From Phyllobates terribilis (Eukaryota), in assembly GCF_046119375.1 (NCBI RefSeq), contig NW_027362770.1:139376001-139440000 (forward strand): a stretch of 64,000 bases of DNA, given 5' to 3'. Positions 10,581 through 20,559 of this stretch are shown here, one piece after another. The notes under the pieces were generated by a model that was not told where the DNA came from, did not search any database, and saw only the letters and a program-made list of their open reading frames with translations. The position numbers and the translations under genes are program-made. Every line of letters starts with the position of its first letter. Position 1 is the first letter of the stretch.

Positions 10581-12261
10581 AAATAGCTGGATTTCTAGCG
10601 CTGTAATATGGAAAAGCCCTGGCTGTATTCTGCAGTGCCAACAAGCAAATGGCGCAGAAAAACTGTGTTCTCTGAATTGCTTTTTAAGCAAATAATGAGG
10701 ATTAAGATCCAAAAAAAAGTATTCCTGGCCCCTGAGACCTGGGCCTTTGTATAGAAATATCTAACAGCAGCAGAAGACAGAATTGGAATGGAGCCTCTTG
10801 TGCTATATGCACTGCAGTCTGCTATATACACTGGCTGCCTGATATCTCTGCAGATGGATTAGTTAGTCCTCAAAAGGACTGTTTGTTAAGATGGATATGT
10901 GTAATGTACGGTTTTTCTCCCTACACTACCTACTACACAAGCAAATCTCTCCCTGACACAGCAGCAGTTCTCCCTACACTGTCTGATTCCAGAGTGAGTG
11001 TGACGAGCATGGCGGCGCCAGGTCTGATATAGACCTGATGACACTGTGCGGCCAGCCAATCACTGTAATGCCACAACCAACATGGCTACGGCATTACAGT
11101 GAGTGGCAGGCAATCCCTGCATGTTCATTGGCTCTCTAAAGAGTGCCAAACATGCAGGGAGGGGACACGAGCTCCCGCCGAGCAACCCCGGAAATACTTG
11201 GCGGGCGCCAAGCATCTCGAGCAGTGAGATGCTCGGGCAAGCACCGAGCAGTAGCGAGCATGCTCGCTCATCACTAATAATAACTCAGGACCCTTGTTCT
11301 CAGGGTCCCAGCAATGAGTAATTTTTTTTTATTGAGGATGATTACTTTAAAAGAAGCCTGTATGTTTCCTCATATGCTAGAAAAGAATTTCTTAAAGAAT
11401 TGCATTGCATAATTTTTCTGTCTTGGCATAAATATAAAATTTACCTGGTGTAAATGCTTTTGTTCTCCTGAATTCGGTGTTGTTTTTCTTTTGTACCTGC
11501 TCGTCTCCGTTCCTGAGATATCGCGTTTTCTTCTTTGTGTAAGGGGCACAGGGCGGTAGTCATGGGCAAGGGGCCGTTGTTCTCTCACACCCTGGCCCCT
11601 CACAAATAAAAGATAAAGTCCTGTCTGTTGTGTGGTTTGCGTGTAAAGAACAACATTCACTTTTGTTTGTTGAGACTCCATCTGTTTGATGGACCCGGGA
11701 CCAGGCTCGATCACATAGTTCACACCAGACTGTTGGCTTGTTTTCAACGGTTTAACTTGACTCCATAGGCTAGTTCAGAATCAATCACTGGTACAGCACA
11801 TTGTAACACAGCATGGACATACCTTGCTCTAATGGCACTTCCTACCCCAGGGATGTCTCGCCCGGCACCGCAGCTTCCCGGGAAACCTGCCCCGACTCAT
11901 CCCTGTGTGTAGCGCTGGCGTCCCTGCCCTCTGCTAGGCAGGGACGCTGCTCCCCTCACCGCTCTGCTGTCAGCGCGCGCTCCGTCCCGGCGTCCTCTCC
12001 TCGCTCTGCTGGCAGCGCGCGCTCCGTCCCGGCGTCCTCCTCCTGCTCTGCTCCGTGCCCGGCGTCCTCTCCCCGCTCTGCTCCGTGCCCGGCGTCCTCC
12101 TCCTGCTCTGCTCCGTGCCCGGCGTCCTCTCCCCGCTCTGCTGTCAGCGCGCGCTCCTTCCCGGCCCCTGTGCTTAGGGCGCGCGCGCGCTCCCCTCCTC
12201 TTAAAGGGGCCGCGCGCGCCGTCCTAAGGAGTCCCCGGCCAATGGCCGGAGGACTTCATCA

Positions 12262-12301
12262 TATATAAGGCACCTCCTCCAAAATGGAGGTGCCCGAGCA
12301 A
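12262..12301 (+). promoter_or_regulatory. S2 LTR TATA box, hairpin and predicted transcript 5' end used for self-priming
   Basis: TATATAA at 12262; GCACCTCC/GGAGGTGC inverted repeat; GCCCGAGCAA at 12292-12301 is complementary to PBS TTGCTCGGGC at 13122-13131. Confidence 0.75.
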
Positions 12302-13132
12302 TGTTGTTTGCACCTGTGTCTCACCTGTGCTTCAGCCCTCAGGTCCCGTTGCCAGTTACCTGCCAGTTACCTGCCTGATTCCTGCCTGAATACTTGTTAC
12401 CTGTCTGCCAGTCTGAGGTCCGACGGTCTGCCTTACTACTCCTGTCAGTCTGTCTAAGGACCAGCCTGCCCGCTCACCTGGGAGCGCATATCAGCTACCT
12501 GCCTGCTTGCCTGAGGTCCGACGGTCTGCCTTACTACTCCGGTCAGTCTGTCTATGGACCAGCTTGCCCGCTCACCTGGGAGCGCTTCTCCGTTACCTGC
12601 CTGCTTGCCAGCCCGGAGGCTCCGTTGTCACGTGCTGTGACCACCAGCTATCTCAGAGACTCTTGCCCGCTCACCTGGGAGCGCATCTCCGTTACCTGCC
12701 TGCTTGCCAGCCCGGAGGTCCCGTTGTCACTTGCGGTGACCACCAGCTATTCCAGAGACTCTTGCCCGCTCACCTGGGAGCGCTTCTCCGTTACCTGCCT
12801 GCCTGCCAGCCCGGAGGCTCCGCCGTCACGTGCCGTGACCACCTGCTATTCCAGAGACTCTCGCCTGCTCACCTGGGAGCACCCATCTACCATCTGCCTG
12901 CTAGCCTACCCGGAGGCTCTGCCATCACAGGTCGTACCTACCCCTTACCCAGAGACTGCCCTGATCACTTGCCGTATCTCCCTGTCCGTTCACCCAGAGA
13001 CTGCCCTGATCACTTGCCGTATCTCCCTGTCCGTTCATCCAGAGACTGCCACCCGCTCCCTTACAAGGGCCGCCCCCTTGTATAGTAGCTCAGAGGTTCC
13101 GCCTCCCGGACCCGTTACAGTTTGCTCGGGCC

Positions 13133-16100
13133 ATGGAACCCGGTGGCACCCAAGCTCCCTCGCTCTCGGACCTCTGTCTTGAACTGTCCCGTCTGAAGTC
13201 CCAACAGGAGGCCATCCTGGGTCATCTGCGGAATGTTAATACTCGCCTGAACACCCTGTCTGATCCTGCAACTACGGCCAGTACCATGGTATCCTTTTCC
13301 GGACCCCGGCTCTCTGCACCTCCTCGCTTCGGAGGCGACTCCGTCCTGGCTCGGGGCTTCATAAATCAGTGCACCCTGCATTTTGAACTATTGTCCCACC
13401 AGTTTAACTCCGACCGAGCCAAAATTGCATTCATCATGTCCCATCTCACCGGGGAGGCTCTGGCCTGGCTAAATCCTCTGTGGGAGAGAGGAGACCCCCT
13501 GGTGTCCGACTTGCCTGCCTTTCTCATGGCTTTCCGGAAAGCCTTCGACGAACCCGGACGGAGGACCTCATCCGCATCATCTCTGCTACGCCTCCGTCAG
13601 GGAAGCCTCACCGTGGGTCAATATGCCATACGGTTCCGCACCCTTGCCTCGGAGCTGGCCTGGGATAACGAAGCTCTGGTATCCGTCTTCTGGGAGGGTC
13701 TGTCCGGCCGTATTAAAGATGAACTTGCTGGTCGGGACATTCCTACCACTCTCGATGACCTAATAACTCTTGCCACCCGGATTGACCTACGGTTCCAGGA
13801 ACGTGCCAAAGAGGTCACCCGTGAAAAGGGGCTTCCACGTCTGGGTCCTACTTTTCTGAAACCCGTCACTCCTTCCGTTTCTCCCCAGGTACACTCTCCT
13901 GAGCCTATGCAGGTCGACCAGACCAAGATGGTCAAATCCCGTCAGGACTTTCGCCGTGCCGAGGGGAGCTGCTTCTACTGTGGCAGTAAGGAGCATCGGA
14001 TCCGTGCCTGCCCGGAGAGGTCGGGAGAACGCCTGTGTCTAGGTTCGCTCAGAGGACTTGATCTAGACAAAAATAAATCCTCTCCATCCCTGCTGCTGTC
14101 TGTCTCAATCATCTGCGGGGAGAATCGTTATTCCGAACTAGCCCAACTTGACTCTGGAGCAGCCGGAAATCTTATTTCACTGTCCCTGGTGGAGAAATAC
14201 CGCATCCCCACCAAACCTCTGGCTGTACCCTTGTCTGTTGTTGCCGTGGATGGGGGCCTCTTATCTCGCCCCATCCAATTCATCACCGAATCCATTACTC
14301 TGCAAGTGGGTATGCTGCATTCAGAGAGTATCTCCCTTCACGTTCTGCCTGGACTCTCTCACGCCCTCTTGCTAGGTCTGCCTTGGCTCCAGAGACATGC
14401 ACCCGTGCTTGACTGGCAAACCGGAGAAGTCCTTCGCTGGGGACAAGACTGTCATAAAACCTGTCTGGTTCCCGTCCATTCCGTCCGTCCCTCTCCTATC
14501 CCAGCTAATCTACCTGGACTTCCGATTCCTTATTGGTCTTGTGCTGATGTCTTTGATATGGAGGAGGCAGAGACATTACCACCTCGTAGACCATGTGACT
14601 GCCCCATCGATCCCGCCAGAGTAATGCAGGTGGCCCCCGTGAGTCTAAATTGTCTCCCTCCTGGTAAGACGTTCGTATCGGTACCTGATCGGGAGAGGAT
14701 CCTACACTGGGGTCATTCGTCTAAACTAGCTGGCCACGCCGGTCAGAAAAAGACCCTCCAGCTTATTACCCGGCACTACTGGTGGCCTAACCTGCACAAG
14801 GATGTTATGGACTTTGTTTCTGCCTGTGTGTCCTGCGCCCGCAACAAGGTTCCGAGACACCTGTCGGCCGGCCGCCTTCTTCCTCTGCCTGCACCTGCTG
14901 CCCCCTGGCAGCATATAGCGATGGACTTCGTAACTGATCTGCCCGTCTCTGCCGGTTGTACGGTCATTTGGGTGGTCGCTGACCGCTTTTCCAAGATGGC
15001 TCACTTCATTCCCCTGCCAGGTCTTCCGTCTGCACCCGAGCTGGCCAGAGTCTTTATCCGCCACATCTTCCGTCTTCATGGCCTGCCCCGTCACATCGTG
15101 TCGGATCGAGGAGTACAGTTCACTTCTCGTTTCTGGAGAGCCACTTGTAAATTGCTAGACGTCACTCTGGACTTCTCCTCCGCTTACCACCCACAGTCTA
15201 ATGGTCAAGTGGAGCGGATCAATCAGAACCTGACCAGTTACCTCCGGCACTTCGTTAATGCTCACCATTCTGACTGGGTGGATCTCCTGCCAAGGGCCGA
15301 ATTCTCGTACAACAATCACAAGAACGAGTCTTCCTCCATATGGGAGAGTACCCGGTCCGCACTCCTTCTGTCATCCGAGCGTATGAAAAGGCACGCTGAC
15401 AAAGGACGTCTGGATCCTCCTCAATTCCGTCCTGGGGATAAAGTCTGGCTCTCGTCCAAATATGTCCGGCTCAAGAACCCTTCCTATAAGTTGGGGCCTC
15501 GGTTCATCGGCCCACTGGAGGTTATCAGTCAGATCAACCCGGTGGCCTATAAATTGAAACTCCCGGCCAACTTACGGATCCCTAACTCCTTCCATGTATC
15601 TCTCCTCAAACCTGTGGTACTTAACTCTTTTTCTAAGTCTACAGGTACGCCTCTTGCTCCGGTTTCTGCTGAGGACGAGTTTGAGGTAGAGAACATTCTT
15701 GCCACCAAAAGGGTAAGAGGAAAGACCTTTTTCTTGGTAGATTGGAGGGGGTTTGGTCCTGAGGAGAGAACGTGGGAGCCCCGGGAGAATATCCATGCCC
15801 CTCTCATCCTAGCTAAATTTCTGTCTGGCCTAAAAAAGGGGGGGCCTAAAGGGGGGGGTACTGTAGCGCTGGCGTCCCTGCCCTCTGCTAGGCAGGGACG
15901 CTGCTCCCCTCACCGCTCTGCTGTCAGCGCGCGCTCCGTCCCGGCGTCCTCTCCTCGCTCTGCTGGCAGCGCGCGCTCCGTCCCGGCGTCCTCCTCCTGC
16001 TCTGCTCCGTGCCCGGCGTCCTCTCCCCGCTCTGCTCCGTGCCCGGCGTCCTCCTCCTGCTCTGCTCCGTGCCCGGCGTCCTCTCCCCGCTCTGCTGTCA

Positions 16101-16222
16101 GCGCGCGCTCCTTCCCGGCCCCTGTGCTTAGGGCGCGCGCGCGCTCCCCTCCTCTTAAAGGGGCCGCGCGCGCCGTCCTAAGGAGTCCCCGGCCAATGGC
16201 CGGAGGACTTCATCATATATAA
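13133..16222 (+). CDS. Gag-protease-integrase-chromodomain polyprotein lacking RT and RNase H (1029 aa; last about 120 aa from the 3' LTR)
   Basis: CCHC knuckle CFYCGSKEHRIRAC; protease LDSGA; IN HHCC (HSSKLAGH...CVSC); D (AMDF), D (SDRG), E (QVER); GPRFIGP; chromodomain EFEVENIL...FLVDWRGFGPEERTWEP. No YxDD; PPRRPCDCPID joins directly to pre-integrase sequence near 14612. Confidence 0.93.
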   Translation: MEPGGTQAPSLSDLCLELSRLKSQQEAILGHLRNVNTRLNTLSDPATTASTMVSFSGPRLSAPPRFGGDSVLARGFINQCTLHFELLSHQFNSDRAKIAFIMSHLTGEALAWLNPLWERGDPLVSDLPAFLMAFRKAFDEPGRRTSSASSLLRLRQGSLTVGQYAIRFRTLASELAWDNEALVSVFWEGLSGRIKDELAGRDIPTTLDDLITLATRIDLRFQERAKEVTREKGLPRLGPTFLKPVTPSVSPQVHSPEPMQVDQTKMVKSRQDFRRAEGSCFYCGSKEHRIRACPERSGERLCLGSLRGLDLDKNKSSPSLLLSVSIICGENRYSELAQLDSGAAGNLISLSLVEKYRIPTKPLAVPLSVVAVDGGLLSRPIQFITESITLQVGMLHSESISLHVLPGLSHALLLGLPWLQRHAPVLDWQTGEVLRWGQDCHKTCLVPVHSVRPSPIPANLPGLPIPYWSCADVFDMEEAETLPPRRPCDCPIDPARVMQVAPVSLNCLPPGKTFVSVPDRERILHWGHSSKLAGHAGQKKTLQLITRHYWWPNLHKDVMDFVSACVSCARNKVPRHLSAGRLLPLPAPAAPWQHIAMDFVTDLPVSAGCTVIWVVADRFSKMAHFIPLPGLPSAPELARVFIRHIFRLHGLPRHIVSDRGVQFTSRFWRATCKLLDVTLDFSSAYHPQSNGQVERINQNLTSYLRHFVNAHHSDWVDLLPRAEFSYNNHKNESSSIWESTRSALLLSSERMKRHADKGRLDPPQFRPGDKVWLSSKYVRLKNPSYKLGPRFIGPLEVISQINPVAYKLKLPANLRIPNSFHVSLLKPVVLNSFSKSTGTPLAPVSAEDEFEVENILATKRVRGKTFFLVDWRGFGPEERTWEPRENIHAPLILAKFLSGLKKGGPKGGGTVALASLPSARQGRCSPHRSAVSARSVPASSPRSAGSARSVPASSSCSAPCPASSPRSAPCPASSSCSAPCPASSPRSAVSARSFPAPVLRARARSPPLKGAARAVLRSPRPMAGGLHHI

Positions 16223-18342
16223 GGCACCTCCTCCAAAATGGAGGTGCCCGAGCAATGTTGTTTGCACCTGTGTCTCACCTGTGCTTCAGCCCTCAGGTCC
16301 CGTTGCCAGTTACCTGCCAGTTACCTGCCAGTTACCTGCCTGATTCCTGCCTGAATACTTGTTACCTGTCTGCCAGTCTGAGGTCCGACGGTCTGCCTTA
16401 CTACTCCTGTCAGTCTGTCTAAGGACCAGCCTGCCCGCTCACCTGGGAGCGCATATCAGCTACCTGCCTGCTTGCCTGAGGTCCGACGGTCTGCCTTACT
16501 ACTCCGGTCAGTCTGTCTATGGACCAGCTTGCCCGCTCACCTGGGAGCGCTTCTCCGTTACCTGCCTGCTTGCCAGCCCGGAGGCTCCGTTGTCACGTGC
16601 TGTGACCACCAGCTATCTCAGAGACTCTTGCCCGCTCACCTGGGAGCGCATCTCCGTTACCTGCCTGCTTGCCAGCCCGGAGGTCCCGTTGTCACTTGCG
16701 GTGACCACCAGCTATTCCAGAGACTCTTGCCCGCTCACCTGGGAGCGCTTCTCCGTTACCTGCCTGCCTGCCAGCCCGGAGGCTCCGCCGTCATGTGCCG
16801 TGACCACCTGCTATTCCAGAGACTCTCGCCTGCTCACCTGGGAGCACCCATCTACCATCTGCCTGCTAGCCTACCCGGAGGCTCTGCCATCACAGGTCGT
16901 ACCTACCCCTTACCCAGAGACTGCCCTGATCACTTGCCGTATCTCCCTGTCCGTTCACCCAGAGACTGCCCTGATCACTTGCCGTATCTCCCTGTCCGTT
17001 CATCCAGAGACTGCCACCCGCTCCCTTACAAGGGCCGCCCCCTTGTATAGTAGCTCAGAGGTTCCGCCTCCCGGACCCGTTACACTGTGGATCCCAGTCC
17101 GTTTTCCCCTCCGGAGATGAAAGCAAGATAGGCTCCTCCATACCCTGGTCCGGCTGTAGGCTGCAGACATTAATGGATGTCCCACTGACTTTTGTCCATG
17201 CCATTCTCATACTGCTTTCGGTTACTGCTACTTGTTTCTTCAGATTGTTCTGTTCCCTGAAGGATCCTTGGTTCCCTGACCCAATGCTGGCCCTTACTTT
17301 CTTTATGATTCCCCTCATTCTTCTCTCTCACCAGGAAATGCCCCCCCACCTATATAGTGTGGCATCCCCTCCCTAACTGGGAGTGCCCCTATAACTGTTA
17401 ACCCCTACCTCACTCTAACTTACTTCTTTCTGAACTAAAGTGCAATACTAAACACATCAATATCAATAAGGTATACTTGATTAATTCACAACATTAATAG
17501 TCATAATACCTTATAAAATATATCCACATTAAACAACAGAAGCATACCTATTCCATGAGGAAGGGATGAAGGGCATGAATTGCCCCGAGCACACCCTTAC
17601 ACCTGCATGAAAAGCTAGTTTTGTTAGCCAAGTGGGTGTGGTCCTCATAAAGGACACCCACAGAGAAGAGTTGAGGACCACACCCACTTGTAACAACACT
17701 TAATTTATATACAGGGAAGAGGAGGCCATATCTCGGGAAAGGAGAGGCGCAGAAACAAAACAAAAACATCGCCGGATTCAGGAGAACAGAGGCATTTACA
17801 CAAGATAATTAAATAATATAGTTAAGGCAAGTGACAGGTCTCATTTAAAATCCCATAATTTCACGATGTTTCTAGTGACAAATGTTAGAAATATTCTTTT
17901 CCTACATGGTATTGTTATTTATTTATTTTTTTAAATAATGTACATAAATAAAAAAATAAAATCAGTCCCACATAGAGAGGATTAATAAATATTTAATTTT
18001 TCACAAATGAGTGAGCGTAGAACAGAAAAGGTTAAGCAAACCCTGTCTAAAATCTATTATATTACACTAATTAAATGTGTTCCAGCAGCACATCAAGCAC
18101 GCGAGAAAGTGTGGGTGTGGGTTCAAAAGGGTTAAATTTAGTAAAATAAATGCATTCATAATGTTAAAGCTGCAGGGGGTCCAGCGGATGGAGAAACAAC
18201 ATAGGAAAACTAAAACTTGGAACAATAACAAACGAACAGGACATTTCTAATAATCTGGCATCTGCTATTACGGACAGGTTGTGGCTCTTTGGATTTTCTG
18301 TGTATTTGAAAAAAACATCAAAGAGCTGAAAACCTTTTATTA

Positions 18343-18484
18343 GGGTATGTGCACATGGTAAGTATTTACTGCAGACATTTCGGAATCAAAAACGTGTGTC
18401 TTGGCAGGAAAAACACTGCATAAAAAGTATTTTTGATGCATTTTTTATAAAACACTGGAAAAAGCGCGACATGTAAACATACCC
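18343..18484. mobile_element. 142-bp PIF/Harbinger-type MITE
   Basis: TIRs GGGTATGTGCACA / TGTAAACATACCC; TTA on both sides. Confidence 0.65.
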
Positions 18485-20559
18485 TTAACCCCTTTGCGAC
18501 CTATGACATATAGGTATGTAGCGCCCCTGAGGGTTCGGTCGCCACAGAGGTATTGCATCTCATCCAGAGGTGTGGTATCTCACTCTCAGGTAAGGAAGGA
18601 GTATGGCTCAGGACCCTAACACTACATCCACTACACCACATTTCCGGGGGACAGGGCGACAATGCTCCTACAGGAGAGCACAACTGTCCCTGATCCCTGG
18701 CTGGAGTGGGGAGGAACCACCTAGAGAGGGGGAACCAGGTAGCGGATGGGTGGAGGACATAGATCCTGGGAGCACTGGAGTAGGAGGTATAAAAGCAAGG
18801 AACCATTTTGGTTAGGGGTTGTTAGCTAGTGAGTAGTGGTGAGGAGAAGTGACAGGAGCAGAGGCTCTGTACGAGCTCTGCTCCACAGGCAGGCCTAGTT
18901 AAGAGGCTTGAGCCTGAAAGGAGAAGAGAGGAAAGGGGAGCAGAACGGCTCCAGGACAGGAACCGAAGGGACCCTAGGGGTACGGGCCGTGCAGCCGCCA
19001 CCCGTACGCCCGCCGCTGCCAGGAGGTAGGGGGGGGTCAGGCCAAGAAGGGGAACTGGATCCCTCAACCAGCAGAGACTACAGGGCTCAACTGGGAACCG
19101 GAGGCTGCAGCACTTTAAGTACAGCAGGCCGCCCACACCAGCCACCAGGAAGGTAGCCACATAGGGCCAGGGGACGGAACACACGTCACCCGCCAAGGCC
19201 CGAGGACACTGGACAGAGGTGCCGCTAGGTGTGAGGTACAAGGAGAGAGGCCAGAGAAAGCTACACAGAACGGGGTCCTGAAAAGTGCTCTGGAGCTACC
19301 TGAGGGTGGACTGAGCCCCTCACTGAGTACGTGTAGCACCCTGAGGATTCGGCTGCTACAGGAGTATTGCACCTCAACCCAGAGGTGTGATATTCCACTC
19401 CCGGGTAAGGAAGGAGTGTGGAACTGAGCTCAGATAGACTGCATGCACTACATACATCCCATTCCAGAGGAGCAGGCCGACGGCACTCCCACTTAGAAAT
19501 GTGCAGGTGCGACCGAGCCTGTTCCTGGCTGGAGTGGGAGGGGGGAGGAACATCCCATGTAGTGTAGGGGCAGATAGGGGGAGCAGTCTGGGTAGTGTTA
19601 GGAGCTCATTGGGTGCTGGTCACCTGAGCTCACACATAGAGGGTGTATATAAGGTGGGCACCATCAAAGATCAGGGTCAGACGCAGAGGACAAGTCAGAT
19701 GCAGAGAGTCAGAAGGAGAGAACAAGTCTTCTGCAGAGGAAGTCAGCCTGCAGCAAGGGAGCAGAGCAGACCTGAGCCTGAAGAGTGAGAGAGTGGAGTG
19801 CAGAAAGACCCAGAGGGGGACAAAGAAGGGACCCAAGAACCCAAATCAGATCACCGGGTGAGGAGTCAGCAGAAGGGTACCGGAACCCAAGCTGGTGGGG
19901 GCAAAGACATTCCCCAGCCAGAGACCGGAGACCGTGGGCAGTGTCTGTCACGGTCACCCACTACATTCACCCTGAAGGCACACCACATGGAGGGTCAGGG
20001 AACCTTAGGCCAAAGGTTGCCCAACAGAAGGCCCGAGGGAGCTGGATTTAGGTGAATCACTGGTGGGGACGGCTGAAGTAAGGACAGAGGGAGAGCTCAG
20101 GGCCACGCTCCGGACTTGTTTGGGGGTTGGCCGGATCCAGGACCTGGTGGACGCAGCACGGCTCGGGAGGTCACTTGGAGCTAGAGTGACCAGGAACATC
20201 TGCAGTAAGTAAAGACCCTTAACTGCACAACCCGAGTCTGTCATCATTACCGGCTGCACCGCACCACCACAACCCCCATCCTCTGCGCCTGTCCCCTCTG
20301 AGGCTATACCCCTCCCGTTGGGGGTTATCCCACCAAGCTGCGCACCTACCATCAGCCTCAGCGGACCCTGCAGCAGCGGCGGCCACAGTGACCGCATCAC
20401 AACGGGTGGCGTAGTCGACAAAACGAACTTTAATAACATCAGTAAAGACTGCCACATAACACTGAGCTTGACGCCCTGGGCACGGGACCGGGTCACAGCC
20501 GCTCGGAGACTACAACCCCCCATCTGATCCGGTGCCGGGTATTCCCCTCAAAAAGGAAT

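Larger units (their letters stand above)
5100..11276 (-). mobile_element. Decayed hAT-superfamily DNA transposon (5' TIR on the right; left end not found)
   Basis: Terminal CGCTCATCACTA (TIR TAGTGATGAGCG) at 11265-11276, the same TIR type as the MITE at 28138; transposase remnants at 6923-10335. Confidence 0.8.
11908..17084 (+). mobile_element. Very young RT/RNaseH-less Tf1/sushi-type LTR element 'S2'
   Basis: LTRs 11908-13119 (1212 bp) and 15862-17084 (1223 bp); I saw only an extra 11-bp GCCAGTTACCT unit and one substitution. TSD CTGTG at 11903-11907 / 17085-17089; PBS 13120-13133; PPT AAAGGGGGGGG before 15862. Confidence 0.95.
11351..17844. mobile_element. TTAA-flanked non-autonomous DNA transposon (T2/Kolobok-like MITE type, about 1.3 kb), split by LTR element S2
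   Basis: TTAA|AAGAAGCCTG at 11347 and TGACAGGTCTCAT|TTAA at 17832-17848. Subterminal inverted match 11450-11521 vs 17730-17802 (GATATCTCAGGAACGG and TTCAGGAGAACA motifs). Confidence 0.6.

Noticed and set aside
11370-11770. Possible host exon on the minus strand with an RRKR furin-like site and a CAG|GTAAA donor
   Set aside because: It lies in the subterminal inverted repeat of a TTAA MITE (mirrored at 17730-17802); no recognisable protein family.
12394-13182. 262-aa and 192-aa ORFs duplicated at 16359-17120
   Set aside because: They arise from internally repeated GC-rich LTR sequence of S2; no domain evidence.
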